Origin: Monosiga brevicollis MX1
Taxonomy: Eukaryota
DNA: 64,000 nucleotides
Reading direction: 5' to 3'
Assembly: GCF_000002865.3 (NCBI RefSeq)
Contig: NW_001865048.1
Span: forward strand, 770,098 to 834,097
Shown here one piece after another: positions 26,801-39,600 of this stretch. The position numbers were made by a program, and so were the translations under genes. The notes under the pieces are model-generated. The model saw only the letters and a program-made list of their open reading frames with translations. It searched no databases and was not told the DNA's origin. Position 1 is the first letter of the stretch; every line of letters begins with the position of its first letter.

Positions 26801-29800
26801 TGCAGTGGTGTTGATTGTGGGACTCAACGTATCTGTGATTGTGACCGAGCGCTGTGCCGTGGCCAGATTGCCCGCCTCATCCGTTGCCGAATATGAGACC
26901 AAAAACACACTGCCTGCGGGCGCGTGCGAGTCGACCTCAGTGAAGGATTCCTTGGACAGGCGCGCCCAGCGCTGTGCTTGGTAGGCATCAGCGGCGGCAG
27001 ATGTCAATACGGACCAATCGGGAGTGGCGCAGCTCACACTGTGCGGGCTCTCCCGTCCTAAAGATGCAAGCTGAATCTCCACAACATCTGCGTCCAAGTT
27101 GCCGTCAACACGATCCGAAGCGGACCACGGCTGCTCGTCGACCCAAGGCGTCCCGCCGGGCCAAGTGCTGTTTGTGACGTTGATGATGGGAGCTGTTGTG
27201 TCCACCAAGATGACGTTTAGAAAACCAAAGCCGGTGTTGTCATTGTTGTCCGCGACGCTTAGCTCGATAACAGCACTGAATGGCGTGAAGGGCGGCTGCA
27301 GGGGCAAGTTGCTCACATTGCTTTGCAAGCGTTTTTGCAGGCCGCTTTGAACGTAGTTGTCTGCCAAGGTATACCAAGTATTCTGCAGCACGTAGACTCC
27401 CTCTACAGGGGCAGCCTCCAGGGTCAAGACATCCTGGGTGACGTCGACGCTGGGTGCAGTGGTGTCCACGACCGTAATAATGCGCCCCACCGAGGCAATG
27501 TTTCCAACCACGTCACGGGCAGAGTATGTGAGAGAGTAGTTGCTTGGTACACCTTGAGATGGCCTTGACTCATAGGACCCCGAAAGGCTGACTGCCACTG
27601 GACCATCCAGCAAGTCTACAGCCCATGCGCCTGGGTCAACAAAGTCCTGGCCTGCTTCCAAAATGAACGGGTTGCTGCCATTGAGCTGAAGATTTGGGGC
27701 CCGCGTATCCACGATCAACAGCGTCCGTGTCGTTGAGTTGATATTTCCCGAGCCGTCCATGACGGTGTAGGTAAGCAGGATGCGAGTCCCGCTCGGTACT
27801 GCGGTGCTGATCGAATCTGGTGCCGGGTTCACAGTGACAGTATTTGAAAGGTTGCCTTCAAAAATGTCCCAAGCTCGCCAGCCAGGTTCTGAGTACTCAA
27901 AGGAGGCCTCAACCTGAACAAGACTTGATCCACGCAATTCAAGTGCCTATACAAGGCGAAAACCAGGAACACCGCATAAAGCCAACGAGTCAAGAAACGT
28001 CAGGGCAAGACTGGTAATGGGCTGTGGAGGTGCCGCTCAGCTATCAAAAGACACACAAAACACAAAACACAAAACAAAACAAAACAAATAAACAACGCAC
28101 CGGTGCCAAGGTGTCGGATATGACTACAGTACGCTGAACGGGTTCGGCCCATAGACCTTGATTGTCAGCCCTTGTTGCCTGGTAAGTAATCAGGCTGGTG
28201 CCCAGCTGAGCTGTGTCAATTTGTGAGGAGGCATCACTTTGTACACCAACCGACGCATCAAGAGCATCATACAAGTCAGCCATCGGGTCAATGAACGGAA
28301 GGCCGGCTTCTTGATGCATGGGGTTGTCACCCCGAAGGGTGATGTAAGGCTTTTGGCCTGACAGCACTTCCACGGTCAAGATGGCCCAAGCAACGTTTCC
28401 AGCAGAGTCCTGGGCGGTGTAATTGAAGGTCTGCACGCCTTCTTGAGCTACATAACATGCATCATACAGTGCGACGTAAGGACGTGTGCGCGCGTGCGTG
28501 TGTGCGAACACCATCTGAGATATTCAATAGTTCATCCGCAGAGAATAGGCAGCCAAGTGGGCATACCAATATCTAAACTATCATCCGTATTGGTTTCCAA
28601 GGGACCATCATAAGTGTCAGAGGCCGTGACGGCCGGCAGCGTGAAAGACATGTTGAGGACTTCAGTAACCAAAGGTGAACTTGGAACATGTATGACAGGC
28701 GGAGTAATGTCTGATTTGACATGTAAGGGCGTGCGTAAGCAAAGAGGGCCAGACAGCCGAAAGCAGGCCCAGAGGCAACGGGGTCTCCTTGGGCACACCG
28801 AAAGTCACGTGGCAACCAGCGCCAAACAAATAAGAGCTGGGGTAATACCGCACGTACCACGACACGCCGTGCGGTTGGATAGAACCGTCAGGCCAACGGC
28901 ACACGGCCAGCAGTCACCACTCTGCGAATTGGGCTGATATGTCCCATCTAGGCAGGTTTGGCAGTAGGTGGCCTGCTGGGGCGCAAAGGAGCCTGCTGCA
29001 CAGGGCTGACAGTCGGTATTGGCGGGTTGGGCAGAAAACTTGCCCGCTTCGCAGCTCTTGCAAGAAGCTTGGGCTGGTGCATCGCTATACAGGCCGGCAC
29101 CACACGGCAGGCACTCGGACACCAGCTCACTGCCCCGGTACTTGCCTGCCTCACAGGTGAGACAAACGCCCGGTGTACCGGGCTCAGAAGATAGAAAGGC
29201 GCCTGAAAATTAACAAAGCAAGGCAGAGTCATGGTATCATGGTAAGGATGGTAACAATGCCGATTCGACATCCCGTCGCGAAGCAATCGATCGATGGGCC
29301 ATGCAAGCGCGGCGAACGGAACGTTCAGATTCATGAACATACCTGCATCACACTGCTCACAAGAAGTTGCTCCCATGGTAGAGGTGTAATATCCCTGATA
29401 CGCATCGCATTCTTCAGTAGTCAAGTCCAAGCAAAATCAAAAGCAGTCAACGGTTGAGCGTGGAATGACATGCGTATCCTCGTTGAGGGATTTACCAAAT
29501 GATGGAGGGAAGTACTTGAGCGAATAAGCAAAGGGCAAACTGCCCACCACGTGCTCATACCTTCGCAGCTTGTGCTCGCTGGCACTGAGGTGAAGGTGCC
29601 ATAGCCACAGACCTGGCAGCCCTGGCCCACGCCGATGCCCACCTGACCAGCCGGACAGTCTAGTTGCAACGTACAAGCCAATGTTGTGAGAAAGAAATTC
29701 ACGCCTGATATATAGGCAGGGGAGCCTAATGTATTGTTTGTGGAGCCGGCAGGTGAAGCGACTTGAAACAAGGCAGTATCAGACCAAGGCAGGTGTCCGA

Positions 29801-32800
29801 GGTATGGTTGGAGGCGTTCAGATATTGGCCTGAGACATGGCACAACGGCGACACGAACAATGTGATTGTGAAATCACTTTCACGTTCCGGGCGCAAAGAG
29901 GAGCGTGTTTGTCAAGCAGGCCAAACCGTTGGGACAGGCAACGCAAATGCGGTCCGCTGTGGTAGAACTGGGATTGCTCACGCGGCTGTTGGCATTGCAC
30001 AAGTTGGTTTTTGCTGTGCAGGTGGTTCCCCTAAAGTCATTTTGGGATTGATAATACCCTATTATGCATGCCGCTTCAGTGAGCCAGCGCACACATTGCT
30101 TTCTTGCGGCTGGGAAATTCTGATCGGAAAAAAAACAAAAACAAAAAAAAAACAAAAAAAACAAAAAAAAAACAAAAAAAAAAAAAAAAACAAAAAAAAA
30201 AAAATAAACAAGCTCGTAAAGCTCGAATGGGATAAACGAGCTAGCTTCCGGGTGCCGTGCTAGATGGTGGAGGGCTACCATGCTTACCTGAAGGACAGGA
30301 TGCACAAGAATTGTCGGCGGAGGTGGAGGTGGAGAAAACAAGTGCAAAGCCAGCCCCGCAAGTCGTGCGCTTGAGTTTGCATGTCGTCTCGCTGTGCCAG
30401 GCTAAATCTTGATACCGGCCAGCCTCACATGCGACACACGTGTTGTCAGCAGTGTTTGTACCCGAAAGCGCCAGTGCATAACCAGCTCCACAGCCAGCGA
30501 GCTTGGGCTTGCAGCTGGTTTCACTGTGCGTTGTCAAGTCCTGAAAGAACAAAATGCCCTCGCACGCGATGCAAGCATTGTCCATGGTGTTGGTCGCAGA
30601 ATATTCCAACCGCTGGCCAGCACCACAAGTCGTGGACTTGGGTGTGCATGTTGTCACGGTATGACCAGACTCGTCGATGAACTCATTCTCGGCGCAGGGA
30701 ACGCATTCGTTGTCTGCCGTAAGGGAATTGGAGGCGACGAATCGATGTCCGGAGGCGCAACTCGCCCTCTTGGTAATGCAGGATGCGAACACATGTTGCG
30801 TCGCTTCCTGATATGTGCCTGGTACAAAAACAAAGAGGGAGCGGCACAAGGTGGCGATTGATTGGTTTGAACGAGAGTTGAGTGCAAAGTCAGGGAGCGT
30901 TTGCAGACTGCTGCCTTGCAAGCAAGCCAAATATTGAGATTTACCCGCAGGGCATGCCGCACAGCTGTCTTGGTCAGAGACGAAATATTGCCCTTGATTG
31001 CAAGTGACCGATGCTGTTGAGAAGAAAACGACGTGGCCGAGTCCCAAGAGGTGGCGTGAGTCAATGCATACCAAAGTCACATGAGCAGACGGGTGATAGG
31101 GTTGCTTACCAACAGTGCATACGCCGCTCTTTCGAGCTGGAAGAACGACGGGACAATTGCCAGAACACGTCGCCTCTGAAAACGGTGTGCAAACGGCAAT
31201 AATTTTAGACAGCACATGGACCAGGTGCAGCTTTGAGATGATGGGCTCACTGATATGCATTACGTACGGTTGCAGTTGTGGTCACAATTTGAATCGCAGC
31301 TGTCCCTGCAATTAGCACCCCACCATGCGCAGTTTGAATCGCACCATTCGTTGCAATCTTCGTTGCAGCTGGAAACCGAGTCGCAGCTGCAAGGCGGCGA
31401 TGGATGCAACATGGGATGAGCCATCCGTCTGAACGGTTTGAGCTGTGCGTCGAAACCTGTTAGCCCTTGCGCGCAGCATACTTGGCAGGTATGTTGTCCT
31501 TGCTCACGCCAACAACGCGGCGGGCACGGGCTTCAGGTGTCAGAGTCAGAACGTTCTTGTAATCAGAGGCAAGATGCCAGAGCAAGCTGTCCACGGGACG
31601 CTGGGGAATTGGCCAAACACACACACACACACACACAAGAAAAAAAAAAAAAAAACCAAACAAGAAAAACCAGGAGGCGTAACGTGTAACGTGTGAGAGT
31701 GGCATCTCGACAATCAGGACCCCAATCAATACTTCACCCCACACTGCTTCTTTTGGGCATTTGGAGAGCACGCGTACGTACTGGAGAGAGTAAGGTTGCT
31801 AGGCGCAGCATATCAGCGGCCAGCTCTGGAAAAGTTTGGCTGGCCACAATGTCCATTTGTTCGCACCACTCGGTCCAAGCGGCGGGTTGGGTATGGTGTT
31901 GTTGCAGGCACTGGGTTGTCAGTCGGTCACGCAGAGTACCACGTTCGCTTTTGAGTTGATATGTCATGTGGTAACTGGCAGTGCTGTTGTCGGTCCAAGC
32001 GTGATGGACCAGGGCCCGGGGTAGATAAAGCAAATCACCCGCATGGAGCGTCAAATTCAAGCACGACATGTTCTGCAACTGTTCGTAGCTGTATGACGTG
32101 CAGCCTGTGCAGGCAAAATGGGTTCATACAAAATTGAGGGGCATGAAGCTGGACATCATCAGGTCTGAGGTCAGAGCCGCACCCGTTGTGACCGGGCGGC
32201 AGGAAGAGGGCAAAGTGCAGCTGGAAACGGCCATGCAGACAACCTTGTGGCAAAGCAAACCCACCTTGGAAGCTAGAACGTTCGAATTCTGCGAGAAGAG
32301 CCTGCGCGCCGTGGGTGCAGTTTTGACAGGTAGTATTGGTGGTCGGCACGCATATTTCCCAATGTTTGTGACCGGCGAGTTGATGCACAAAGACGTCCCC
32401 ACCGTCAGTGTGGGGGTCCAAGGCACGGCCACCGGGCATTGTGGCGTATAAATGTTGGGTCACGTCTGTGTCGAAAGCTGCGCGCAAAGCGTTCTGGAAA
32501 GGGTCAGCTGCAAGGGGAGCAAGGCTGTCTCGCAAATCTTCGTCTAGCTCTTCTGGGTAGAAGATGGCCGATGTACCAGCTTGACGAGCAAAGAGCTGTG
32601 AGAAGAGTTGGCTCCAGGTCGCTACACGACTGTCCATGGCAAAGCGAGTGCCGTTTTCGCGAAGACGGAGGATGTCGTTATCGCTCAGGAGTTGCAAAAG
32701 CAGGGGTTCGTCAAGGAGGTTTTCCAGCTGGGTCGTGAGCTGGGCGGCGCTAGCTTCATCCGAGGGGCTGGCTCGATAGAGCTGATGCGTGGCCTGGTAA

Positions 32801-33036
32801 TTGGAGGCAAATGTCGCCCAAGGTCCGAGGCGGGCATCTAGCATGGATGGCCATGTGCGCGGAGGCAGCGTGTAATGGGACCATGACCAGTTCAAGTGGG
32901 GACGGTCCAAGCCACGATCGTTCGCCTCGACCAGGCGCCCTAGCGATATGCCATGAGCTCCGGGTACATCAGCGAGTAGCAGAGCCAAGGCCACCACGAC
33001 AACTCGCGTCGAAGCTGCATGGCTGCCGCTAGCCAT
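23789..33036 (-). CDS. Giant type I receptor: signal peptide - JmjC/cupin-4 oxygenase - Cys-rich repeats - HYR/DUF5011-like Ig repeats - TM - Tyr-motif repeats - 2x SH2; about 15 exons
   Basis: Signal VVVVALALLLADVPGAHG. JmjC LYAT...LDPHTDGGDVFVHQLAGHKHW and LHAGDLLYLPRALVHHA. CxxCPAGxY repeats. DTxAP...YSARDVVGN repeats. TM LAMAVAIPVVLLAVILSVVLV-RRR. SH2 GSYFLRHS and WFHGKISR...GTWLVRHR. Every intron junction I traced is phase-compatible. Confidence 0.8.
24873..25398 (-). repeat. 114-bp (38-aa) coding tandem repeat, about 4.5 copies, two Tyr motifs per unit
   Basis: LYDSPNAQDQTGMPVTMTMPLAQDSEGYQQPGGLGQQE; period of 114 seen at 24974/25088/25202/25316. Confidence 0.97.
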
Positions 33037-33312
33037 GTTCACCGGCTCGTGAGATGTGTGCCTGGCAGCGGCAATTGCGAAAAACGTCCAACCAGCTTGC
33101 CGATGGCCCGGGGCAATGTGCCGCGCCGAGCCTTCAACCAGCCTCCAGTTGCCTTTGCCGGAGCAACACGCAGTACCACAGCCAGCAGGTCAGAGGTATG
33201 GATGGATAAAGTAGTGATCGACCAATCTATTTTTTTTCTTCTTAATCCAGACCAAGGCAGAGCTGCTGACAGTCAGCCAGTGCCTGCGCAAATGCGGGTG
33301 CGCATGAAAAAG

Positions 33313-33317
<5 letters not shown>

Positions 33318-33391
<74 letters not shown>

Positions 33392-33652
33392 GTCGCGTGC
33401 GCGCGCGCGTGCGAGAAGAGAGAAAAAAAATATGGCAGCGAGTCTGACATTTGCACAACCATGTCTGATGCGTGTGTGTGGTAGATTTGGCTTGTGTGCC
33501 CCTTTGAAAGGGGCTTACATGTATAACCTGTGCAAAACTTTGGAGGAAGGAGGAGTAATTTCGCTTTTGATGACATCAGAGAGAGAGAGAGAGAGAGAGA
33601 GATTGGTAAGAGAGAAAATTTAAAAAGAGCAGAGACACAAAGGAAAATTGAA

Positions 33653-33734
<82 letters not shown>

Positions 33735-33790
33735 TTTGAGAGAGAGAGAGAGAGTGAGAGAGAGAGAGAGAAAGAGTTTGAGAGAGAGAT
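33318..33790. repeat. (GA)n tracts with GTTT interruptions upstream of the receptor gene
   Basis: Three GA runs; reverse complement of the (CT)nCAAA motif. Confidence 0.95.
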
Positions 33791-34297
33791 GGCATTGTAT
33801 CGAATTGGAGTTGTTGCAGCCTTAGGGGGCACGTGCATGGTGGCGTATGGCGAAGAACAAAAAAAATTGCGAAACAGATATTTGGAACGCATGTTGAGAA
33901 CATGTTCGAGCTCCCTATGTAGGGGGCGACTGTGGGCTAAGGAAGACGTGGGTGTGCGGAATGGTTTGAAAGAACTAGAGTCAAAAGGAAATAAACTGGC
34001 GGACCAGTGATGGTTTCGAATGCGAGTATGCTTAAGGGTTCTTCTATGGAAGGCAACGGCACGTGTCGGGGCCGAGTCACAGGTAGTGTAAAAAACAAAA
34101 ATTCCAAGCCTTCTCCGTTGAAAAAAAAAACAAAAAAAAAACAACAACAAAAAAAACAAACATGCAGCAGCCACAAATGCAATCAGTCCAGATGGGGGCT
34201 AGAAGACGGAGGCTGCTTATCACGGCGTTTGTAGTATGAACAAATGAGCAGGGCCTGGCACCGTGCAGGGCAAACTATTAAGCTAGAGATAATATTC

Positions 34298-35995
34298 TCA
34301 GCACGATGCCGATTCCGGCTCCAATAAAGGTGCGTTAAGGTCGTCACCCTGGGCCTGCGCTGGCCTCGACAGCTCAACTGGTGCCGGCGCCTCGTGGCCA
34401 ACGGCGTAAGAACCGAGGTACAGGAGGGGACCAAACAAAAGGGTGGCCCCTACGCTTGCGCCCACGTCAATGTACAGGAGCGTATTCAAGCGTGCAAAAT
34501 TATCGTAGGCAATGCCAAGGGCCTTGGTGATGGGGGCCGTGATCCAGCCAGCGGCCGAGTCACCCACATCCATAAAGGCAATGTATAGTGCGTAGGTGGT
34601 TCCAGAGGTGCCATCGTCCACGGGACAGGCCTGCGTGGCCAGCACCAACCCGGCCACAAGCGCCAGCTCGGCCACGGCTTCAGTGACAATTGTCGTGCCT
34701 ATGGCGTAGAGCAGGCTGTGGCCTTCCGTGCCTGCAATCTGGCCACCTATCCAGGGCGACCACATCAACGAGACGAGCGAGGAGAGGCCACTGCACACCA
34801 GGAAGATCGTCACCAGACGCGAGCCTTGCATGCGCGATAACGTGGTGTAGAAGGCCGTCGAGGCTAGGAGAGCTACGCACGAGGACACGATCTCCAGCGT
34901 CTGAATGTAGCATTCGTGCTCGGGCCACACGGCATACTGAAAGCTGTACAGGGCATCTGCCGCCGTAGGGGTTGCGTTCATGACAAATAGCACCACGGCC
35001 GGCCATATGCCGGTCACGGACGCCAACACGCCACGCATCGTGACGGTACGCTGGCGCAGCTTCAACAGCACCAAGCCCAGCACCACAGCGTTGATGGCTA
35101 AGACGACGTAAAGGAAGATGAGCCAGCGCGCATGGTTCATCAGGTCCTGACACGCACTCCAGACGAAGAACAGCATCAGCGAGGGCAAGATCAGCTCCAC
35201 TGTGGGGAAGCGTCCATTCACGCGCCCCGACAAGGGATGCCCACCATTGATGGTGAGATCTGATGAGTACGCAATTGCGTCTGAATCATCCTCGATCACA
35301 CTTCTCTCCTCCTGAGGCCGGTCAGCTTTGTTCAACATCAAGGGCGTGGCGTCCGCCTTGGTGCCCACGCGCGGATCCGGCACGTAGAAGCCCAAAAACG
35401 CCACGCAAATGCCCACGAGCCCGTTGAACATGAGAATGGAGCGTGAATTGATGTGCGGCTGGCTACCGTGGCACGGGTACATGGGCAGGCCCACCAACAA
35501 GGCCACCAGGGTGGCCAGGTTGCGCACCGTGGCGGCCGCTGCCTGCAAGTGTCCAGCATTGGCCATGTTGCGCTGGGCACAGTCAAGGAGGGAGAGGCCC
35601 AGCAACAGTTCAGCAAAGGCATTGGTGGTGGTGCGCATCAAGACCAAGCCATAGGCTCCACTGGTGGTATGCACAAAGTGGGAAATGATGAGCCAGCTCA
35701 CGGCGGAGAGCGCCAGGCACGCAATGAGGTAGGGCTTGCGGCGTCGACCCGCAATGGGCAGGCGCTCAGATATCCAGCCATACAACGGTTTGAGCGTCCA
35801 GGGAATAAAGATGCAAGCATAAAAGTTTGACTGGTCTGCCACTGGCATTTGCAGGTCATTTTGCAGCCAGTCCCCAAAGGCCGTCATGGGAAAGGATTCG
35901 AGAAAGGAGGTAAAAAAGTAGAGCACCAAGATGGACCAATGCAACCCATTGGTGTTGATGCGAAAACGCGCCAGCGCGCGCGAAGCCACACTCAT
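34298..35995 (-). CDS. BT1 family folate/biopterin transporter (MFS), intronless
   Basis: Signature PWTLKPLYGWISERLPIAGRRRKPYL; ATQACP..SGTTYALYIAFMD; about 12 hydrophobic segments. Confidence 0.9.
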   Translation of the reverse strand: MSVASRALARFRINTNGLHWSILVLYFFTSFLESFPMTAFGDWLQNDLQMPVADQSNFYACIFIPWTLKPLYGWISERLPIAGRRRKPYLIACLALSAVSWLIISHFVHTTSGAYGLVLMRTTTNAFAELLLGLSLLDCAQRNMANAGHLQAAAATVRNLATLVALLVGLPMYPCHGSQPHINSRSILMFNGLVGICVAFLGFYVPDPRVGTKADATPLMLNKADRPQEERSVIEDDSDAIAYSSDLTINGGHPLSGRVNGRFPTVELILPSLMLFFVWSACQDLMNHARWLIFLYVVLAINAVVLGLVLLKLRQRTVTMRGVLASVTGIWPAVVLFVMNATPTAADALYSFQYAVWPEHECYIQTLEIVSSCVALLASTAFYTTLSRMQGSRLVTIFLVCSGLSSLVSLMWSPWIGGQIAGTEGHSLLYAIGTTIVTEAVAELALVAGLVLATQACPVDDGTSGTTYALYIAFMDVGDSAAGWITAPITKALGIAYDNFARLNTLLYIDVGASVGATLLFGPLLYLGSYAVGHEAPAPVELSRPAQAQGDDLNAPLLEPESASC

Positions 35996-36399
35996 GACGT
36001 TCCGCGACTGAGTAGAAGAACTGTTGGAACGAGGCGGGCTAATCCGAGCTCGTCGACTTGAAGATTGTCGCCACCCGCGCCTCGTGTCACAAAAGCGGCA
36101 GCTTGCCTGACGGTTCCGCAGCTGCACTCCGGATGTGCTGATAAGCGCGGCTCAGTGCTAAACTCAAGAACATGGAATACCAAACAGGCCTATACACGGA
36201 AGCGCAAACAATCAACAGGCTCCACCAAGCCCAAGCACAGGAACTACCCCGGAGAGCGCGCGTGTGTGTGTGTGTGCGCGCACTCAAACTGAGCCCCTGT
36301 CACGCTCGAGTCAAAAAACAACTCAAGTCAGCTCTGATGATGACACGTGAACCCCATTTCTTTTGCTCCTCTCTTATAAAATAAAAAATGAAAATCTGA

Positions 36400-36443
<44 letters not shown>

Positions 36444-36639
36444 AGCAGCGATTAGAAATAATTTGGATGCTTGCTTGGGGCTGGGGGTGTTCGAGAGGCG
36501 TTTGTTGGTTAACATGTAAGAAGGCAAGGTGAGGCCGGAATGGCGGGGGTGGTCAAGGCTTGGCAGAGCGTCTTTGACAGAGCACGTCGGCCAGGCATGA
36601 TTATGCGAATTTAGGGCGTCAATTAAGGGCCGAAGCCAA

Positions 36640-39600
36640 TCACGGTGGAGTGCGTTTTGTGTACTTCACCTGACGAAAGAGGTGCTGCAAGTGGGCGCGT
36701 CGATCGGCACGCTCACTGGCAATTCGCTCGTCCTGCTTTCGAGCAAGGGGCAGGCGAGTTAGAAGCGTGCTCAGTGATTGACACAGCACATCCAAACGCG
36801 CTACGGGGCTCATGTAGACGGGTACTGGATCGGGCAACGGCTTCCGGGGGGCAAAAAGGCGTTGTTGGGCCGTGCGCAGACGATCCTGCTCCACTTGTGC
36901 GTGAGCATCGTGTACCTGCTGCCGAAGTCGAGCACGCCGGGCCTCCTCTTGTGTCCACGCCAATTGGCGTTCAGCAAAAGCTGTTTCTGCTACTATCCGC
37001 TCCTCTTCCTGAGGGGAGCTCACTTCGGCAGTCAATGGGCTTGGCCACCAATCCAAGCGTGTGCGTAGTAGATCCACCGCAGCAGCCAGCGTAGTGCAAC
37101 CGGTGTCGTGCTGCTCAAGATGAAAGGTGGCCTCCACTTGTGCATCGACCCGCGATAAGTCGGCTCCCTCAGCCTCCCATTGACTGGTGGTGATGGCGCT
37201 GCCTGACAGAGAGGCCACCTCTGACAGAGCCTCGGTGGGCGCTCGGCGTACCAGACGATAGTGCCGTTGCTGGCCCTCATGCACAACAGACAGAATAAAG
37301 TGGTCATTGGTCCGCCGTCTTGGGACACTGCGCACCAGAAATTTACCCTCGATAATGGGGGGCGTGGCCAGCAGCTCTTCTGCGCGCTCTTGATTCAGTG
37401 ATGCAAAGAAAAAAGCCGGCATATCGGGACTCGATGCAGGGCGAGCATCTGTCGGTGGTGTCAACGGCCGCTGTGGACGCAGCTCAGGACTGATGTCCGG
37501 CAGCGAGCCAAACCACGTCGCAGCGTAGTCGCGTTCCCACCGTGCCACGGAAGCCGCGGCGGTCCGAAGGGCTTGACGTCGGGCTCCATCGTCAGCGGGT
37601 GGGGTGCAGAGCGCCGCAAAGCGAGGGCCCACGGCAATCAACATCCGCCGCTGATGGGCAAGCGACGATGAGGAGCCGGTGTCCAAAGATGCGAGAGCTG
37701 AGCGCTCTTGCTGAAGGGCAGCAATGTGGGCCGAAGCTTCGTCTGGTAAAACGCCAAGTTTGGATGAAGCTGAGGCCAGCACCTGGAGCGCCAGGGCGGC
37801 ATCGGGCACCACGTCCATGTAGCCTCCATCCTGGTGTAGCGGCTCTGCCACACCACTGGCTTGCAAAGGATCAAGGGGTTCAATGTCCTCTGCATTGTCA
37901 TACTGACCATCCGTCTGGTTGTCATTCTCTTGATGTCCAGTATCGGCCGTGATTGCCACCATAGGGGCCGCTGTCGTTGTCGTCGTTGTCGTGGTCGGTG
38001 TTGCCGTTGTCGGTGTCGGTGCTGGTCTCGGTGTCGGTGTCGGTGTCGTTGTCGTGGTCGGTGTTGCCGTTGTCGTCGGAGCAGATGTGGTTGCTGAGGG
38101 CAAAGTGCCAACTGAAATCCGCCGCACCAACGGCACCGGCCACCAAGGATGCTTGGACTGCAAGAGAACAACCACCTCGTCCAAAGTCACAGCCTTGGTC
38201 ACCTTCTTATTCACAACAAAAGTGCCACCGGGTTCAGATTTCTGCACGAGATGATGTGTGCACTTGCCGTGATAAAGCACGGAGATAATATATCCACCTC
38301 CCTTGGAATGTCGTAAGAGATAGACACCATCCATCCCCGCTGCTTCGTGTTCCACCAGGGCAGCTGCTTGATCCTTTGACAGCACGCCGTGGACGTCTTG
38401 TTCAGCTCCCGCTGCTGGCAAAGGTGCTGCCGCTTTTGCCGCAGTTCTCGCATCCGGCAGAATTGTGGGAGGGTGTCTTGATGGTTCAACCGTGGTTGTA
38501 GCTTTGGGGGCAGAAGATGAGTCGATCGGCGATACAGGAGGCGCCACGGCCTTGATCAGAGGTACGGGCCAGAATGGCTTGGCGTTGCGCAAACTCTCCA
38601 CCACCTAACAGCCATCATGCGCAGTTTAAGATGCTTCACTTGCAATGGAGGCCTGCGCAAGCATTCGCCCATTGACCCTGCAATGGCTTGGCTATGCGGT
38701 CATTCACGTGTTGCTGTGCTCTTGCGCAAGGCTGGCCCATCAGTCAAAAACTCACCTCGCTTAAATTGCTAGCTTCGACGGTCCCTTTGTTTAAAGCGTA
38801 GGCGTGGCTTCCGGTCTTGATTAGCAGATGGTGGGTCGGCTTGCCTTTGTAAACGACAGATATGACCGATTCATTGAGGTCTGCGTTTGCCGTGTTGGCT
38901 CGTGCTCGGATCAGAAAGGTTCCATCCTCGTTGCCGCAGGCCTGCAAGCGAGCTGCAGAGCGTGGTTGGGTGTGAGCAAGGAGTGGCTGCTTGTCCCAAT
39001 CGCCGCCCTCCCATGAACAAGCTCCGTCACCCTGTGCCGTGAGTGCAGTTCACACCTTCCGCTGTGGCTTTGTCCAAGTTGCCATGGTAAAAATGGCGAA
39101 ATGGCGATCCTTGCAAAGCTGGTGTGAATGCCGACGTGGGGCTTGCCGGCATGATGGTGGCGGTGGTTGGGGGTGCAGTGGAAGATAGAGCTGGAGGCGC
39201 CAACTCTTCAACACGGGCAGGAAGGGCGGGAACCGAAGCAGCATCCGGCGTGTGGTGAACGAGGGTGGTTGACGATGCCTGACGCACCCATGATATGCCG
39301 TGCACGGCGTGCTAGGGATGAGATGCGAGCTCGAGGCAGCTCAGCCGTTGTGTGCGTGCGTGCGTGTGTGCGTGTGTGGATGGGGCACGACCCACCTCTG
39401 TCTCCTCATCTGATTGAATCAGCTGTTGGAGTGGTACTGGCCACCAAGGGTGGGCAGTCTGCAGCAGCTCTGCAATCTGCTCCAACGAGGTGGCAGTTGT
39501 TGTGGTTTGGTTGATAGTGAAGGGGTGGCCCATCTCCATGCGCGTGCACAAGTGATGCGTGGGTTTGCCTACAGCAGAACGAGCAGACGTGAGGTCCTGC

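Noticed and set aside
33190..34182. ORFs rich in SLSL/ERER
   Set aside because: Translations of GA/CT microsatellites; the same applies at 5398-6068 and 16046-16585.
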